DNA from: an uncultured Gemmatimonadaceae bacterium | GTDB lineage: Bacteria; Gemmatimonadota; Gemmatimonadetes; Gemmatimonadales; Gemmatimonadaceae | DNA length: 64,000 bases | Assembly (NCBI GenBank): GCA_963761305.1 | Contig: CAVXGK010000001.1 | Coordinates: 1,504,001 to 1,568,000 of the forward strand | Reading direction: 5' to 3' | Shown here: positions 10,258-21,126 of the stretch, one piece after another | Numbering within the stretch: the stretch's first letter is position 1 | How the letters are laid out: each line of letters starts with the position of its first letter | Translations under genes and position numbers: made by a program | Notes under the pieces: generated by a model | What the model saw: only the letters and a program-made list of their open reading frames with translations | What the model was told of the DNA's origin: nothing | Database searches by the model: none

Positions 10258-10842
10258 GTGGCTGCAAGCGATCAAGACGGAAAGGGCGTGGCGGACGAGC
10301 GAGACGAAATCGCGCACGGCCTTCAGGCGGAGATCGCCCAGCGTCGGCCCTTCCATTCGGTCAAGGCGGAGGTCGCGGTCGGTATTCTGCGGACCGCGGC
10401 GCTCATCGAGCGGCACTTCGCGCAGGTCGTCGCGCAGACCGGCGTGACCGTGCAGCAGTACAACGTGCTGCGCATCCTGCGCGGCGCGGGCCCCGACGGA
10501 CTGCCGACGCTCGTCATCCGCGATCGCATGATCCACGCGGCCCCGGGCATCACGCGTCTGCTCGACAAGCTCGAGAAGGCCGAACTCGCGCGTCGCGAGC
10601 GCGCGTCGCCCGATCGGCGCCAAGTGTTCTGCTACATCACGCCGAAGGGACTCGACGTCCTCACGCTGCTCGACGAGGCGATGCGTCGCGCCGACGACCT
10701 CGCCGTCGGCAACCTCGACGAGTCGGAGCAGCGGCAGTTGATCAAACTGCTCGAGGGCGTGCGCGCCGTGCATCGCTCGGGCAACGCGCCGATCGACAGC
10801 GCGCTAGTTGGACGCGGGCCAATTCCCTCGCCAACCGACTAG
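10258..10842 (+). CDS. MarR family transcriptional regulator
   Basis: VTVQQYNVLRILRGA...ITRLLDKLE...DRRQVFCYITPKG. GTG start at 10258 follows a G-rich RBS (alternative start 10288). Confidence 0.9.
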   Translation: MAASDQDGKGVADERDEIAHGLQAEIAQRRPFHSVKAEVAVGILRTAALIERHFAQVVAQTGVTVQQYNVLRILRGAGPDGLPTLVIRDRMIHAAPGITRLLDKLEKAELARRERASPDRRQVFCYITPKGLDVLTLLDEAMRRADDLAVGNLDESEQRQLIKLLEGVRAVHRSGNAPIDSALVGRGPIPSPTD

Positions 10843-12327
10843 CGTCCATACGCGGCGGCGCCCGATCTCACCCGCGCCGCGCCGCAGCACCACCAGCGCT
10901 CCCCGCTCGACGGTCGTGAAGTATGGCGTGAGTCGCGCGATCGCCGCGTGCGGATCGGCGGATTCGTCCACGACCAACACCAACGCGTCACCAGCGCGGG
11001 CGACTTCGGGAAATCGCGGCCACAGGTCGTACTGGTTCGCGCGCCCCGACAAGTTCGTGGCGAACGCAGTCGGGTTTCCGGCTGAAAGGAGCGCCAACTC
11101 GGCGGCTTCCTGATAACGATCGGCGGCGATCCACGTCGTCGCGTTCGTCGACGCGTGCACCGCGCGGCTGGTGCTGTCGGCGGCGCGCGCCAAATCGCTC
11201 CAGCCGAACGCGCGTGCCACGGGATCGCGCGCCGGCGCTAGCGGCAAGACCGGCGTCAATCCCTGCACGTAAATCGCCAGCGACATCGCCGCCGCGAGAA
11301 CGACGCCCGCACGCAGCCACGCGTCGCGGGCGCGAGTGCGCGCGCCACACGCGAGCAGCACGATGGCCGGGATGTAGGCCGGAGCCGGCCAATTCGCCTC
11401 GACGCGCTGCCGAATGGCGCTGTACGCGAAGAACCCGAACGACACCAGCGCGACGACGCCCAGCACTCGCTCGGCGTCATCCGCCTGTTTGGTGAACGAG
11501 CGCCACACCACGACGCCCATCATCACGAACAGAATGGGCGAGACAAGCGCAGCCTGTCCGCCGAACAGATCTCCTTCGTGCTTCCACGCGGCCACGAGCG
11601 CCGAACCCTGTGGCGCCGAAAGTCCGTGCTTCAACTGAAACGCGAACGACACCCACTCGTGCCGCGCGTTCCACACCACGACCGGCATGAACACGAGCGC
11701 GGCGACGACGCACGCGACATACGGTCCCGGTTCGCGCAGCCGCGCGCGCAACGACGGTCGCGTCGCGAACGAGATCAACACGCCGAGCGGCAGCAGAATC
11801 GCGGTGTACTTGGAGAGAAACGCCACGCCGAGCGCGACGCCGGCGGCGAGCCACCAACGCAATGAACTCGAGGAGTCGACCTCGAGCGAGCGGACGACGA
11901 AATAGAGCGTCGCGGCGGTGCAAGCGAGCAACGGCGCATCGGGCGTCGCGAGCACGAGCCCGGCCGCGGCGAGCGGCAGCACGCTCATCACGACGGCCGA
12001 GCGCAGAGCGGTTCTCGCATCGCCGAGTCGAGCGGCGATCGCGATGGTAAAGAGCGACGCAACCCAGCCGGCGAGAATCGATCCCAACCGAATGCCGAGC
12101 GGTGTCGCGCCGAAGAACGTCGTCCCGAATCGAATCAGCAGCGCGACGACCGGCGGATGATCGAAATAGCTCGGCGCGAGCCGGCGAGACCATTCCCAGT
12201 AGTACGCTTCGTCGGGAAATACCGGCAACAGCGCGGCGAAGACGAGACGGATCACAGCCGCCACACTTACTACGAGCATAGCTCGCTTCCAACGGCCGTC
12301 GTGCTTCGCGGTCGCCCCGGTCGTCAC
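10804..12327 (-). CDS. Glycosyltransferase family 39 (ArnT/PMT-like) membrane protein
   Basis: DEAYYWEWS...YFDHPP, TPDAP and LSKYT motifs; multiple TM segments. GTG start overlaps the upstream stop (GTGA). Confidence 0.9.
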   Translation of the reverse strand: MTTGATAKHDGRWKRAMLVVSVAAVIRLVFAALLPVFPDEAYYWEWSRRLAPSYFDHPPVVALLIRFGTTFFGATPLGIRLGSILAGWVASLFTIAIAARLGDARTALRSAVVMSVLPLAAAGLVLATPDAPLLACTAATLYFVVRSLEVDSSSSLRWWLAAGVALGVAFLSKYTAILLPLGVLISFATRPSLRARLREPGPYVACVVAALVFMPVVVWNARHEWVSFAFQLKHGLSAPQGSALVAAWKHEGDLFGGQAALVSPILFVMMGVVVWRSFTKQADDAERVLGVVALVSFGFFAYSAIRQRVEANWPAPAYIPAIVLLACGARTRARDAWLRAGVVLAAAMSLAIYVQGLTPVLPLAPARDPVARAFGWSDLARAADSTSRAVHASTNATTWIAADRYQEAAELALLSAGNPTAFATNLSGRANQYDLWPRFPEVARAGDALVLVVDESADPHAAIARLTPYFTTVERGALVVLRRGAGEIGRRRVWTLVGWRGNWPASN

Positions 12328-13658
12328 GCCGGCGCCGGGGCGTGCGCTCGCCGGCGCACGACCGCGACGATTCCCACGATCGCCCACGTCCACACGATCC
12401 ACATCACGCGCTCGTCGGGCGACAAGGTCGTGAGCATCCGCCACGCGACCGCCGGCCCGGCGAGCACGACCGACGTCGGCGTGTTCGATTCAGCCGTGCG
12501 ACGCTCGGCGACGCGAGTCGCGTCCTTGCGGCCGTTGCGAATGACTTCTTCGATTCGGCGAGAGAGCGAGTCGCCGCTCATGCCGCGCCACCCCGGAATG
12601 CGCATCAGCGTCCATGCCGACGCGGCGCGTCCGTATCCATGGTTGTCGGATCCGGACACGACGGCGAGGTTGAGTTTGTTGACGAGCGTGTCGATGCGCG
12701 CGCGGTCGCGATGGCTCTGCGTGAGACCGCGCGGCGAGCCGTCGACGATTTCGATCGCCTGCACACCGCCGCCCGCGCCGAGATCCGGACCGGCGGCCGG
12801 CACCTTGTCGAGATTGCCCGGGATCGTTTCAATGAGCACCGGCGTCGTGGGAGGCAGGATGCTCGCCATCTGCAACGCTTGCTCGTCGACGTCGCCGAGG
12901 TCGGGCGACAGAAGTCCGTTGTAGCGGCGGCCGGCATTGAGAACGTTCACATGCTCGCCGTGGAACATCGCCTCGATGCCCTGCAGGAGCATCGTGCCCT
13001 GCCCTGCTTCCGGCGGATTCGACGCGACGCCGCGTTCCGCGCCGGCGAACGACCGATGGTCGGTGATGTACGCGACGTCGTAGCCGGCGTCGCGATGCCA
13101 ATCGCGAACGTCGTCGTCCGTCCATCCGCCGCGCGCGTCGTGCGATGCGTTCGTGTGCGAGTGGAAGTCGGCCGCGAGCACCGTTTCGTCGGAGACGGTG
13201 AGCGACGCCATCGGACGCGGCAGGAACGCGGCGGCGGCATACGTGACGAGTATCGCGCCGAGCAGCACTCCCGCGCCGACGATCTCTCGGCGCACGTCGG
13301 GTTTGGTGCTCGACGCCATCAGCCGCCAGACGGCGTACACGCCGATGATCCACAGGACCACTGAGATGTGTTGCGGAATCGTGAGCAGCGTGATCGTGTC
13401 GAGAATCGCCGAGAGCGGCGCGAGCGTGATGTAACCGGGCGAGACCTCGAGGCGCGCTTCGCCGACCGGCTCCAGGTTCAACGCATCGCGGATGGGGTCG
13501 GTGGCAAACGCCGCGGTGACGAGCACCGCGAGCGTGACGACGACGGCCCACCACGGAATTCGGCGGTGCCACGGCATCTTCGGCGCGTCAACCGGCGCCG
13601 TGTGCGCGTGCGGCGCTGTGTGCGCACCATGCGCCGTCTTGCGACTCGACTTGGCCAT
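12324..13658 (-). CDS. Membrane-anchored PHP-domain metal-dependent phosphoesterase
   Basis: DFHSHTNASHD, ITDH, GIE and GSDNHG motifs, flanked by TM helices. Confidence 0.8.
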   Translation of the reverse strand: MAKSSRKTAHGAHTAPHAHTAPVDAPKMPWHRRIPWWAVVVTLAVLVTAAFATDPIRDALNLEPVGEARLEVSPGYITLAPLSAILDTITLLTIPQHISVVLWIIGVYAVWRLMASSTKPDVRREIVGAGVLLGAILVTYAAAAFLPRPMASLTVSDETVLAADFHSHTNASHDARGGWTDDDVRDWHRDAGYDVAYITDHRSFAGAERGVASNPPEAGQGTMLLQGIEAMFHGEHVNVLNAGRRYNGLLSPDLGDVDEQALQMASILPPTTPVLIETIPGNLDKVPAAGPDLGAGGGVQAIEIVDGSPRGLTQSHRDRARIDTLVNKLNLAVVSGSDNHGYGRAASAWTLMRIPGWRGMSGDSLSRRIEEVIRNGRKDATRVAERRTAESNTPTSVVLAGPAVAWRMLTTLSPDERVMWIVWTWAIVGIVAVVRRRAHAPAPA

Positions 13659-13727
13659 CGCGGATTACCTTCTGTGGAACGCGTCGCGCATCTGTCGCAA
13701 AACTGACGAGCCGAGCCGCATCTCACA

Positions 13728-15782
13728 ATGCCCAACCGCCTGGCGAGCGAGACCAGTCCGTACCTGTTGCAGCACGCCGGCAACCCGGTGGACTGGTACC
13801 CGTGGTCGCCCGAAGCGCTCGCGCGCGCAAAGGCCGGGAACAAGCCGATTCTGCTGAGCGTCGGCTACGCGGCGTGCCATTGGTGTCACGTGATGGCGCA
13901 CGAGTCGTTCGAGGACGACGCGACCGCCGCGCTGATGAACGAACGGTTCGTCAACATCAAGGTCGATCGCGAGGAGCGGCCCGACATCGACTCGATCTAC
14001 ATGCAAGCCGTGCAGGCGATGACGGGGCACGGCGGCTGGCCGATGACGGTCTTCCTCACGCCCGACGGCGCGCCCTTCTACGGCGGCACGTACTACCCGC
14101 GCGAAGACCGTCACGGCATGCCGTCGTTCAAGCGAATTCTCACCGCGGTGTCGGAGGCGTATCGCTCGAAACCGGCTGAAGTCGCGGCGACGGTCGACGC
14201 GCTGCGGGATCTCTACGCCACCACACAGCCGGTGGCCGGCGAACCGATCGCCGCGCCTCTGCTGGACGACGCGTACCGCATGATGAGCCGCGCGTTCGAC
14301 GAGCAACTCGGCGGATTCGGCGGCGCGCCCAAGTTTCCGCAGACGATGTCGCTCGAGTTCCTGTTGTCGCATTGGGCGCGGCGTGGACCGGAGAACGCGC
14401 TGGCGATGGCCGAGCGTTCCTTCATGCAGATGGCGCGCGGCGGCATCTACGACCAGGTCGGCGGCGGATTCGCCCGCTACTCGGTCGATCGCATGTGGCT
14501 CGTGCCGCATTTCGAGAAGATGCTCTACGACAATGCGCTGCTCGTCCGGCTCGGCGTTCACCTGTGGCAGGCGACGAAGAACGCCGACGTGAAGCGCGTC
14601 GTCGCCGAGACGATTCGCTGGGCGGCTCGCGAGATGCGGTCGCCGGAAGGCGGATTCTACTCGAGCCTGGACGCGGACAGCGAAGGCCACGAAGGCAAGT
14701 TCTACGTCTGGGATGCATCGGAGCTCGACGCGGCACTCGGCGCGGATGCGCCGCTCGTGCGGGCGTACTGGGGCGTCAGCGACGGCGGCAACTTCGAGGG
14801 CAAGAACATTCTCTCGGTGGCCGCCGCCGATGCTCGCGCGCTCGCGCGGCAGTTCTCGGTGTCGGTCGATGAGCTGGCGTCGATCGTCGAACGTGCCAAG
14901 TCGGCGCTGTACGAGGTGCGGTCGAAGCGCGTGTGGCCCGGCCGCGACGACAAGCTTCTCGCGTCGTGGAACGGGCTCATGGTTCGCGCGTTGGCGGAAG
15001 CGGCGCGTGCGTTCGACGACGACGAGTATCGCGTGCTGGCCGTGGACGGCGCGACGTTCCTGTTCGATCACCTGGTGCGCGACGGTCGCGTGTTGCGATC
15101 CTACTCCGGCGGCCGCGCACGCATCGCCGGCTACCTCGAGGATCACGCGTCGGTCGCGCTCGCCACGCTCACCGTGTACGAGCTGACCTTCGACGACATC
15201 TGGCTCGAGCGCGCGCGAAGTCTCGGCGATTCGATGACGACGTGGTTCTGGGACGCCGGCGAAGGCGTGTTCTACGATACGTCGTCGGATCACGAGACGC
15301 TCATCACGCGTCCGCGCGATGCGTACGACAACGCCACGCCGTCGGGCACCTCGCTCGCCTGCGAGCTGCTGCTGCGCCTGGCCGAGTTGTTCGACGACGG
15401 TGACGCGCGCGACCGCGCGGCGCGCGTGGCGAATTCCATCGCGCCGGCCGTCGCGCGCTACCCGCTGGCGTTCGGTCACATGCTCGCGTGTGCGGACATG
15501 CTGGTGAACGGCGCGGTCGAGCTGGCGATCGCCGGCGACCCGTCGAGCGATTCGTTCCAGGCCCTAGCGCGGACCGCGGCCGAACGCTACCTGCCGTCGC
15601 TCGTGATTGCCGGCGGCGCGCCGCGCGAAGGGACGGAGGTCGTGTTGCTGCGCGATCGCCAAGAAACCGGCGGCGCGGCCACGGCGTACGTGTGTCGCAA
15701 CTACGCATGCGAATTGCCGGCGACTGACGCGGCGACACTCGGTCGGCAGTTGGACGAGGTCGTAGTCGCCGGCGTCGGTTGA
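13728..15782 (+). CDS. Thioredoxin domain-containing protein, YyaL/SPATA20 (DUF255) family
   Basis: [35 protein letters not shown] and [12 protein letters not shown]. Confidence 0.95.
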   Translation: MPNRLASETSPYLLQHAGNPVDWYPWSPEALARAKAGNKPILLSVGYAACHWCHVMAHESFEDDATAALMNERFVNIKVDREERPDIDSIYMQAVQAMTGHGGWPMTVFLTPDGAPFYGGTYYPREDRHGMPSFKRILTAVSEAYRSKPAEVAATVDALRDLYATTQPVAGEPIAAPLLDDAYRMMSRAFDEQLGGFGGAPKFPQTMSLEFLLSHWARRGPENALAMAERSFMQMARGGIYDQVGGGFARYSVDRMWLVPHFEKMLYDNALLVRLGVHLWQATKNADVKRVVAETIRWAAREMRSPEGGFYSSLDADSEGHEGKFYVWDASELDAALGADAPLVRAYWGVSDGGNFEGKNILSVAAADARALARQFSVSVDELASIVERAKSALYEVRSKRVWPGRDDKLLASWNGLMVRALAEAARAFDDDEYRVLAVDGATFLFDHLVRDGRVLRSYSGGRARIAGYLEDHASVALATLTVYELTFDDIWLERARSLGDSMTTWFWDAGEGVFYDTSSDHETLITRPRDAYDNATPSGTSLACELLLRLAELFDDGDARDRAARVANSIAPAVARYPLAFGHMLACADMLVNGAVELAIAGDPSSDSFQALARTAAERYLPSLVIAGGAPREGTEVVLLRDRQETGGAATAYVCRNYACELPATDAATLGRQLDEVVVAGVG

Positions 15783-15804
15783 GTTGAGGTCTTTGTCTCC
15801 ACTC

Positions 15805-16377
15805 ATGTCCTTCGCGCACGCCTACCTGATTCTCGGCCTATGGCTGTTGTGGATGGCCATCTGGCTGCTGTCCGCCGGAGTCACGAAGAAGAACGTGCGC
15901 CGCGAATCGCTGGCGTCGCGCTTGTCGTACACGGTGCCGCTCTGGATCGCCGCGTGGCTGCTGGTCAGTCGCCGATTGCCGTGGGCGGCGCTCAACGAGC
16001 GCTTCGTGCCGCTGGCCGAGTGGCCGTTCGTCGTCGGCACGGCGTTGGTGGTGCTCGGCCTCGCGTTCGCCGTGTGGGCCCGCGTGTTCCTCGGCCGCAA
16101 CTGGTCGGCGGCGGTCACGCTCAAGCAGGGTCACGAATTGATTCGGTCGGGCCCGTACCGCTGGGTTCGGAACCCGATCTACACCGGCATCCTCATCGCG
16201 ATTGCCGGCAGCGCGCTGGCTCGCGGCCAGCGGGGCGCCGTGCTCGCGCTGCTCTTCGCGTTCGCTTCGTTCTGGTACAAGGCGCGGATCGAGGAGCGCG
16301 TGCTGCACGACGCATTCGGGGCGGAGTACGACGTATACCGGGGCGAAGTGAAGTCGTTGATACCGTTCGTTCTGTGA
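15805..16377 (+). CDS. Isoprenylcysteine carboxylmethyltransferase (ICMT/Ste14) family protein
   Basis: LGRNWS...HELIRSGPYRWVRNPIYTG...EERVL; hydrophobic. Confidence 0.9.
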   Translation: MSFAHAYLILGLWLLWMAIWLLSAGVTKKNVRRESLASRLSYTVPLWIAAWLLVSRRLPWAALNERFVPLAEWPFVVGTALVVLGLAFAVWARVFLGRNWSAAVTLKQGHELIRSGPYRWVRNPIYTGILIAIAGSALARGQRGAVLALLFAFASFWYKARIEERVLHDAFGAEYDVYRGEVKSLIPFVL

Positions 16378-16392
16378 GCAGTGCTGCGCCGA

Positions 16393-17721
16393 TCACGGCA
16401 GAGCAGGTGCGACGGACGCGCTCTTGTAGACATAGCCGTTCTTCATCACGAACACGGGATGCTCCATGACGTGAATGTCCTGGAGCGGATCGCCCGGCAC
16501 GGCGACGATGTCGGCCCACTTCCCCGTCGCCAGCGATCCGATCTGCTTGTCCCAGCCGAGCAGCTTCGCGCCGCTCATCGTGCCGGCGACGATCGATTGC
16601 ATCGGCGTCATGCCGCCCCATTCGACCATCAGCGTGAACTCGTGGCCGTTGGTGCCGTGCGCGCCCACGCCGGCGTCGGTGCCGAGCGCGATCGGCACGC
16701 CGTCCTTCACGGCGATCTTGACGGCGTTCTTCATCGCCGCCGCCGCGGCGCGGGCCTTCTGTGCTCGGAGGCCCTTGAGAATGCCCACGTCAGCCGCATG
16801 CGCCGCGGCTTCGCCCGCGCTCAGCGTCGGTACGAGGTATGTGCCGTGCTGCACCATGAGCCGCGCGCCTTCTTCGTCGAGAAAAGAGCCGTGTTCGATC
16901 GACGCGACGCCGGCGCGCACCGCGGTCTTGATGCCTTCGGTGCCGTGCGCATGCGCGGCGACCTTTCGCTCGAGCTTCGTCGCTTCGTCGACGAGCGCTT
17001 TCATCTCTTCGTAGGTGTACTGCTGCACGCCGACCGCGTCGCCTTCCGAGAGCACGCCGCCCGTCGCGCACATCTTGATGACGTCCGCGCCGTACTTCGC
17101 CTGGTAGCGCACCGCGGCGCGGATCTGATCGGCGCCGTCGGCGATGCCCAGCATCGGATTGCCGTCCATCAACCCCGGACGAAAGCCGTTTTCGTCGCAG
17201 TGGCCGCCGGTGATTCCGATCGCGTGTCCGGCATTCTGCATGCGCGGGCCGATGACGTTGCCTTCGTTCACGGCTTTGCGCAGCGCCATGTCGTCGAAGT
17301 TCGGCGCGCCGACGTTGCGAATCGTGGTGAATCCCGCGAGCAGCGTCTTCTGCGCATTGGAGACGCCGATGATCGCCGCCGTCCCCTCGTAGTCGCGCAC
17401 CGCCGCGTCGTTCTCCTGCGGATCAGCGAGGTCACGGCCGATGATGTGCGTATGCGCGTCGATGAATCCCGGCAGGAGGGTGACGTCGCCGAGATCCACG
17501 AGCTTGGCGCCGGCGGGAATCGTCACCGAGCCTTGCTTGCCGACCGCGACGATCTTGTCGTCGGTCACGACGACGACGCCGTTCGGGGTCGCCGCCGCAC
17601 CGGTACCGTCGATCAGCCGCGCGGCGCGAAGGGCGACGGTGCCGGAGCCCTTGAGCTCCTGGGCGTGAAGCGAGACGGCGGTGAGGAGGAGAGCGGCTGC
17701 GGGGACGATGCTGGTGCGCAT
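16393..17721 (-). CDS. Secreted amidohydrolase family protein (Xaa-Pro dipeptidase-like)
   Basis: Signal peptide; PGFIDAHTH, AAHAHG, SIEHG and GTDAG motifs. Confidence 0.9.
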   Translation of the reverse strand: MRTSIVPAAALLLTAVSLHAQELKGSGTVALRAARLIDGTGAAATPNGVVVVTDDKIVAVGKQGSVTIPAGAKLVDLGDVTLLPGFIDAHTHIIGRDLADPQENDAAVRDYEGTAAIIGVSNAQKTLLAGFTTIRNVGAPNFDDMALRKAVNEGNVIGPRMQNAGHAIGITGGHCDENGFRPGLMDGNPMLGIADGADQIRAAVRYQAKYGADVIKMCATGGVLSEGDAVGVQQYTYEEMKALVDEATKLERKVAAHAHGTEGIKTAVRAGVASIEHGSFLDEEGARLMVQHGTYLVPTLSAGEAAAHAADVGILKGLRAQKARAAAAAMKNAVKIAVKDGVPIALGTDAGVGAHGTNGHEFTLMVEWGGMTPMQSIVAGTMSGAKLLGWDKQIGSLATGKWADIVAVPGDPLQDIHVMEHPVFVMKNGYVYKSASVAPALP

Positions 17722-17816
17722 TGTTTTTCACGGAAGGGGGGGACGTGAAGAACCTTCCGGCGGGGACCCGGCCGCACAAGGGTACGGGCGTTCTCAGTTA
17801 CGAGGACGTCAGCCCC

Positions 17817-18581
17817 TCAGACCTCCAGCCGATAGCCGGCCTTCCACACGGTGAGAATGTGCCGCGGCTGCGACGGATCGTCTTCGATCTTCCGGCGAAG
17901 CTCCGCGATGTGAATGTCCACCGTCCGCGTCATCACCTCGACCCGGTGTCCCCACACTTCGCGCAGCAGCTCCACTCGCGACGCCACCGCGCCGCGCCGG
18001 CGCACGAGCGCCAGCAACAAGTCGAACTCCTTCGGGCTGAGACCGACCGGCGTTCCGTGTTTCGTCACCGTGCGCGACGCCGGATTGATCTCCACGCCGC
18101 CGAACTTCTCGACCGACTCGGACGAGTGCGAGCGCTGGTCCGCCAGACGCGACCGCCGCAGCAGCGCCCCGACGCGCGCCAGCAGCTCGAGCACGCCGCA
18201 CGGCTTCGTCACGTAGTCGTCGGCGCCGAGCCGGAAGCCGAGCACCTTGTCCGCCTCTTCGCCGCGCGCGGTGAGGATCAGCACCGGAATGTCCGAGCCG
18301 CCTTCGCGCAGCGACTTGAGCACGCGATAGCCGTCCATGCCGGGCAGCATCAGGTCGAGCATCAGCAGGTCCGGACTCCAACTCCGCGCGCGCTCGAGTC
18401 CCGTTTCGCCATTCTCGGCCACCTGCACGTCGTAGCCTTCGATCTCGAGGCCCGTGCGAAGACCGTAGGCGAGGTTGACGTTGTCTTCGACGATGAGGAT
18501 TCGTGCCATAGGCGTCGGGAGTGGGGCCGCGAAGCTGTCGGTCATCGTCGGCCGTTTCTCTGCCACGGTAGCGTACGTCAT
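17817..18581 (-). CDS. OmpR-family response regulator
   Basis: ILIVEDN, LDLMLP, GADDYVTKP and a winged helix (TRTVDIHIAELRRKIE). ATG at 18581 overlaps the kinase stop; alternative start 18509. Confidence 0.95.
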   Translation of the reverse strand: MTYATVAEKRPTMTDSFAAPLPTPMARILIVEDNVNLAYGLRTGLEIEGYDVQVAENGETGLERARSWSPDLLMLDLMLPGMDGYRVLKSLREGGSDIPVLILTARGEEADKVLGFRLGADDYVTKPCGVLELLARVGALLRRSRLADQRSHSSESVEKFGGVEINPASRTVTKHGTPVGLSPKEFDLLLALVRRRGAVASRVELLREVWGHRVEVMTRTVDIHIAELRRKIEDDPSQPRHILTVWKAGYRLEV

Positions 18582-20377
18582 GGGACCACCTGAAGTTGCG
18601 AGTTGGGGGGTGCTGGTGGGGGCGGCTGGGACTGATCGGTGGAAAGCGGCGTGGACTCGGGCGACTCCGGCTGAACGAGCGGCAGCTCGACGACGACCCG
18701 TGCTCCGCCCCCGGGCGCGCTCTCGGCGCGCGTGCGTCCGCCATGCAGGACCACGAGTTCGCGCACGACGGAGAGGCCGATGCCGCTGCCGCCGGTGGAC
18801 GATTCCGCGTCGCGATTGAGGCGGACGTACGGCTCCCAGACGCGCACGCGGTCTTCACGCGGTATGCCCGGACCTTCGTCCTCGACCCAGATGCGCGCGC
18901 GGTCGCCGACGATCTGCGATCCGACGGTGATCGTCTGACTCGACGGGCCGTATTTCGCGGCGTTGTCGAGGAGGTTGAGCAGAATCTGGCGCAGCGCGTT
19001 TCGATCGACGCTCACGATGCCGTTGATCCCGAGCGACGGACGAATCGTCATGCTACGCGCGCGGGCGAGCGGCGCGAACAGGTCGAGCGATTCCTGAATC
19101 TCCTGGTCGATCTCGGCGGCCTCCGGCGACACGCGGTTCGTTCCCTTCTCGGCGCGCGAGAAATTGAGCACGTTCTCGACGAGATACGTGAGACGCCGCG
19201 CCTCCTGATCGATGATGCCCGCCGAGCGTTCGCGTTCGTCGTCCGTGCGCAGCTTGCCGAGGTGGAGCAGCTCGGCGAACCAGCGAATTTGCGCCAGCGG
19301 CGTGCGCAGCTCGTGCGAGACGCCGGAGACGAATTCCGTGCGCAGCCGCGCGAGCTGCTGCTGCCGCCGCAGCTGGATCACGGCGACGGTCAGCAGTCCC
19401 GCGGCGAGCACGAACAGCGCGACGAGGATCGGCAGCCGAGAGTCCGGCAGGCCGCCGACCACGAGCATCGGCGCGAACTCTTTATTCAGGCTCACCTTCA
19501 TCTTGAGCCGCCCGAAGTTCGGCTCGACCATCGACGCCGCGCTGTACGTCGTCGCGATCCATCCCGGGGAGTGATACACCTCTTTCCCGTTCGCCGTCGT
19601 CACGGAGATCGACATGATCGAATCGATCGAGAGTCCGTGAATGAGCGCTTCGGGCAAGAGCGAGCTGCCGCTGCCGTTCGTGCCGCGAATCTCGGCGAAG
19701 ACAGGGCGTAGGAACTGCCCGGGATCCGTCACGTAGCCGTACAGCTCTACCGGCAACCCGCGGCGGACGTCGCGCGCCACGACGAACACGACGAGTTGCA
19801 GATGCTTGCTGTTGTGCTCGTCGAACAACATGACGTACGAGTCGTTGGTGAGAATCACCGCCGACTGCCGCATCGAGCCGCCGTCGGGCGTCACGAAATG
19901 GACGACGCCGCGATTCGTCGGCGGCGGCGCCATGTCGTTCACGTACGCGACCATCGTGTCGCGCACGCGCGCGAGGTCGGCGTCGGCGAGATCGGTGTCG
20001 GTCGTGCGGAACGTCGAGTCCTTCCAGTCGTAGCGAAAGTAGTACTGGACGCTGTCCAGGCAGTCGCACGACCCCGCCATCATGTAGCGCGCGATGTCGC
20101 CGACTTCGGCCGGCGTGTAGAGCGTGCGCGCCAGCGAGTCCGGCTTGAGACGCGAGGCCTGCTGGATGAGCGACGTGACCACCTGGGAGAGCAGCGCGTT
20201 CTTCGCCTGCTGCGTCAACTGCCAATCGGCGATCTTGGCGTAGTCCTGCAGCGTCCGCTCGGCCATGACCCGCTGCGAGCGGGCGGCGTCCCACGCCTGA
20301 TACGTGAGCGCCGCGCACACGACGAGCGCGAGGACCAGGAGAGCGACCGTGCCGACTAGGCGGGGGGAGCGACGCAT
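18578..20377 (-). CDS. Membrane sensor histidine kinase
   Basis: Two TM segments, SHELRTPL, NLLDNAAKY, DEGPGI and GSGIGL. Start is uncertain (20377-20401). Confidence 0.93.
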   Translation of the reverse strand: MRRSPRLVGTVALLVLALVVCAALTYQAWDAARSQRVMAERTLQDYAKIADWQLTQQAKNALLSQVVTSLIQQASRLKPDSLARTLYTPAEVGDIARYMMAGSCDCLDSVQYYFRYDWKDSTFRTTDTDLADADLARVRDTMVAYVNDMAPPPTNRGVVHFVTPDGGSMRQSAVILTNDSYVMLFDEHNSKHLQLVVFVVARDVRRGLPVELYGYVTDPGQFLRPVFAEIRGTNGSGSSLLPEALIHGLSIDSIMSISVTTANGKEVYHSPGWIATTYSAASMVEPNFGRLKMKVSLNKEFAPMLVVGGLPDSRLPILVALFVLAAGLLTVAVIQLRRQQQLARLRTEFVSGVSHELRTPLAQIRWFAELLHLGKLRTDDERERSAGIIDQEARRLTYLVENVLNFSRAEKGTNRVSPEAAEIDQEIQESLDLFAPLARARSMTIRPSLGINGIVSVDRNALRQILLNLLDNAAKYGPSSQTITVGSQIVGDRARIWVEDEGPGIPREDRVRVWEPYVRLNRDAESSTGGSGIGLSVVRELVVLHGGRTRAESAPGGGARVVVELPLVQPESPESTPLSTDQSQPPPPAPPNSQLQVVP

Positions 20378-20496
20378 ATGTCTATACATACGTTCTGACA
20401 CGGCCGGGGCCAGTGGCGGAAATCGGGTTTACGGATTCCTTTCAGCGCGTCGGGCGACGCCGCCGGTCTTGCAACCTTTTTTGCTCCCCCCCCCAA

Positions 20497-21126
20497 ATGT
20501 CGACCATATACGATGTCTCGCTGCCGATCGTGAACGGGGGCCTCGTTTACCCCGGCAACCCCGACATCACGATCACGCCGCAGCAGGAAATATCGAAGGG
20601 GGCCAGTGCGAACGTTTCTCTGCTCACGTTCGGGTCTCACACAGGGACCCACGTCGATGCGCAGAAGCACATCATCGACGGCGGCCTAGCGATCGACGCG
20701 GTCCCGCTGGACGTCCTCATGGGACCGGCCATTCTCATCGCCATTCCGGACGACGTCATGGCGGTCGGCGAGAAGGAGCTGCGTGCCCATGATCTTACCG
20801 GCCAGCAGCGCGTTTTGATCCGCACGCGGAACTCGGCGTTCATCCGCCAACGCGACTTCGTGCGCGACTATACCTACCTCGCGCCCGACGGCGCGACATA
20901 CCTCGCGGACCTCGGCGTGAAGCTCGTCGGGATCGACTACCTGTCCATCGAGCAGTTCCACTCCGGGCACCACATGACGCATCGTACGCTGCTCGGCCGG
21001 AACATCGTGATCGTCGAAGGGCTCGATCTGTCGGTGCCACCGGCCGGCACGTACGACCTGCGCGTCTTGCCGCTACGACTCGCCGGGCTCGACGGTGCAC
21101 CGGCGCGTGCCGTGCTCGTCGCATGA
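20497..21126 (+). CDS. Cyclase family protein (kynurenine formamidase-like metal hydrolase)
   Basis: HTGTHVDA, GIDYLS, H..LL, IVEGL and DGAPARA motifs. Confidence 0.92.
   Translation: MSTIYDVSLPIVNGGLVYPGNPDITITPQQEISKGASANVSLLTFGSHTGTHVDAQKHIIDGGLAIDAVPLDVLMGPAILIAIPDDVMAVGEKELRAHDLTGQQRVLIRTRNSAFIRQRDFVRDYTYLAPDGATYLADLGVKLVGIDYLSIEQFHSGHHMTHRTLLGRNIVIVEGLDLSVPPAGTYDLRVLPLRLAGLDGAPARAVLVA

Noticed and set aside
13728..15782. CHWCH in the YyaL protein as a heme c motif
   Set aside because: It is the conserved thioredoxin-like CxxC of this cytoplasmic family, and there is no export signal.
20486..20494. C9 tract (also G7 at 10245-10251 and 17736-17742) as phase-variation sites
   Set aside because: These are short intergenic homopolymers that are unsurprising at this GC content, and nothing shows they vary.
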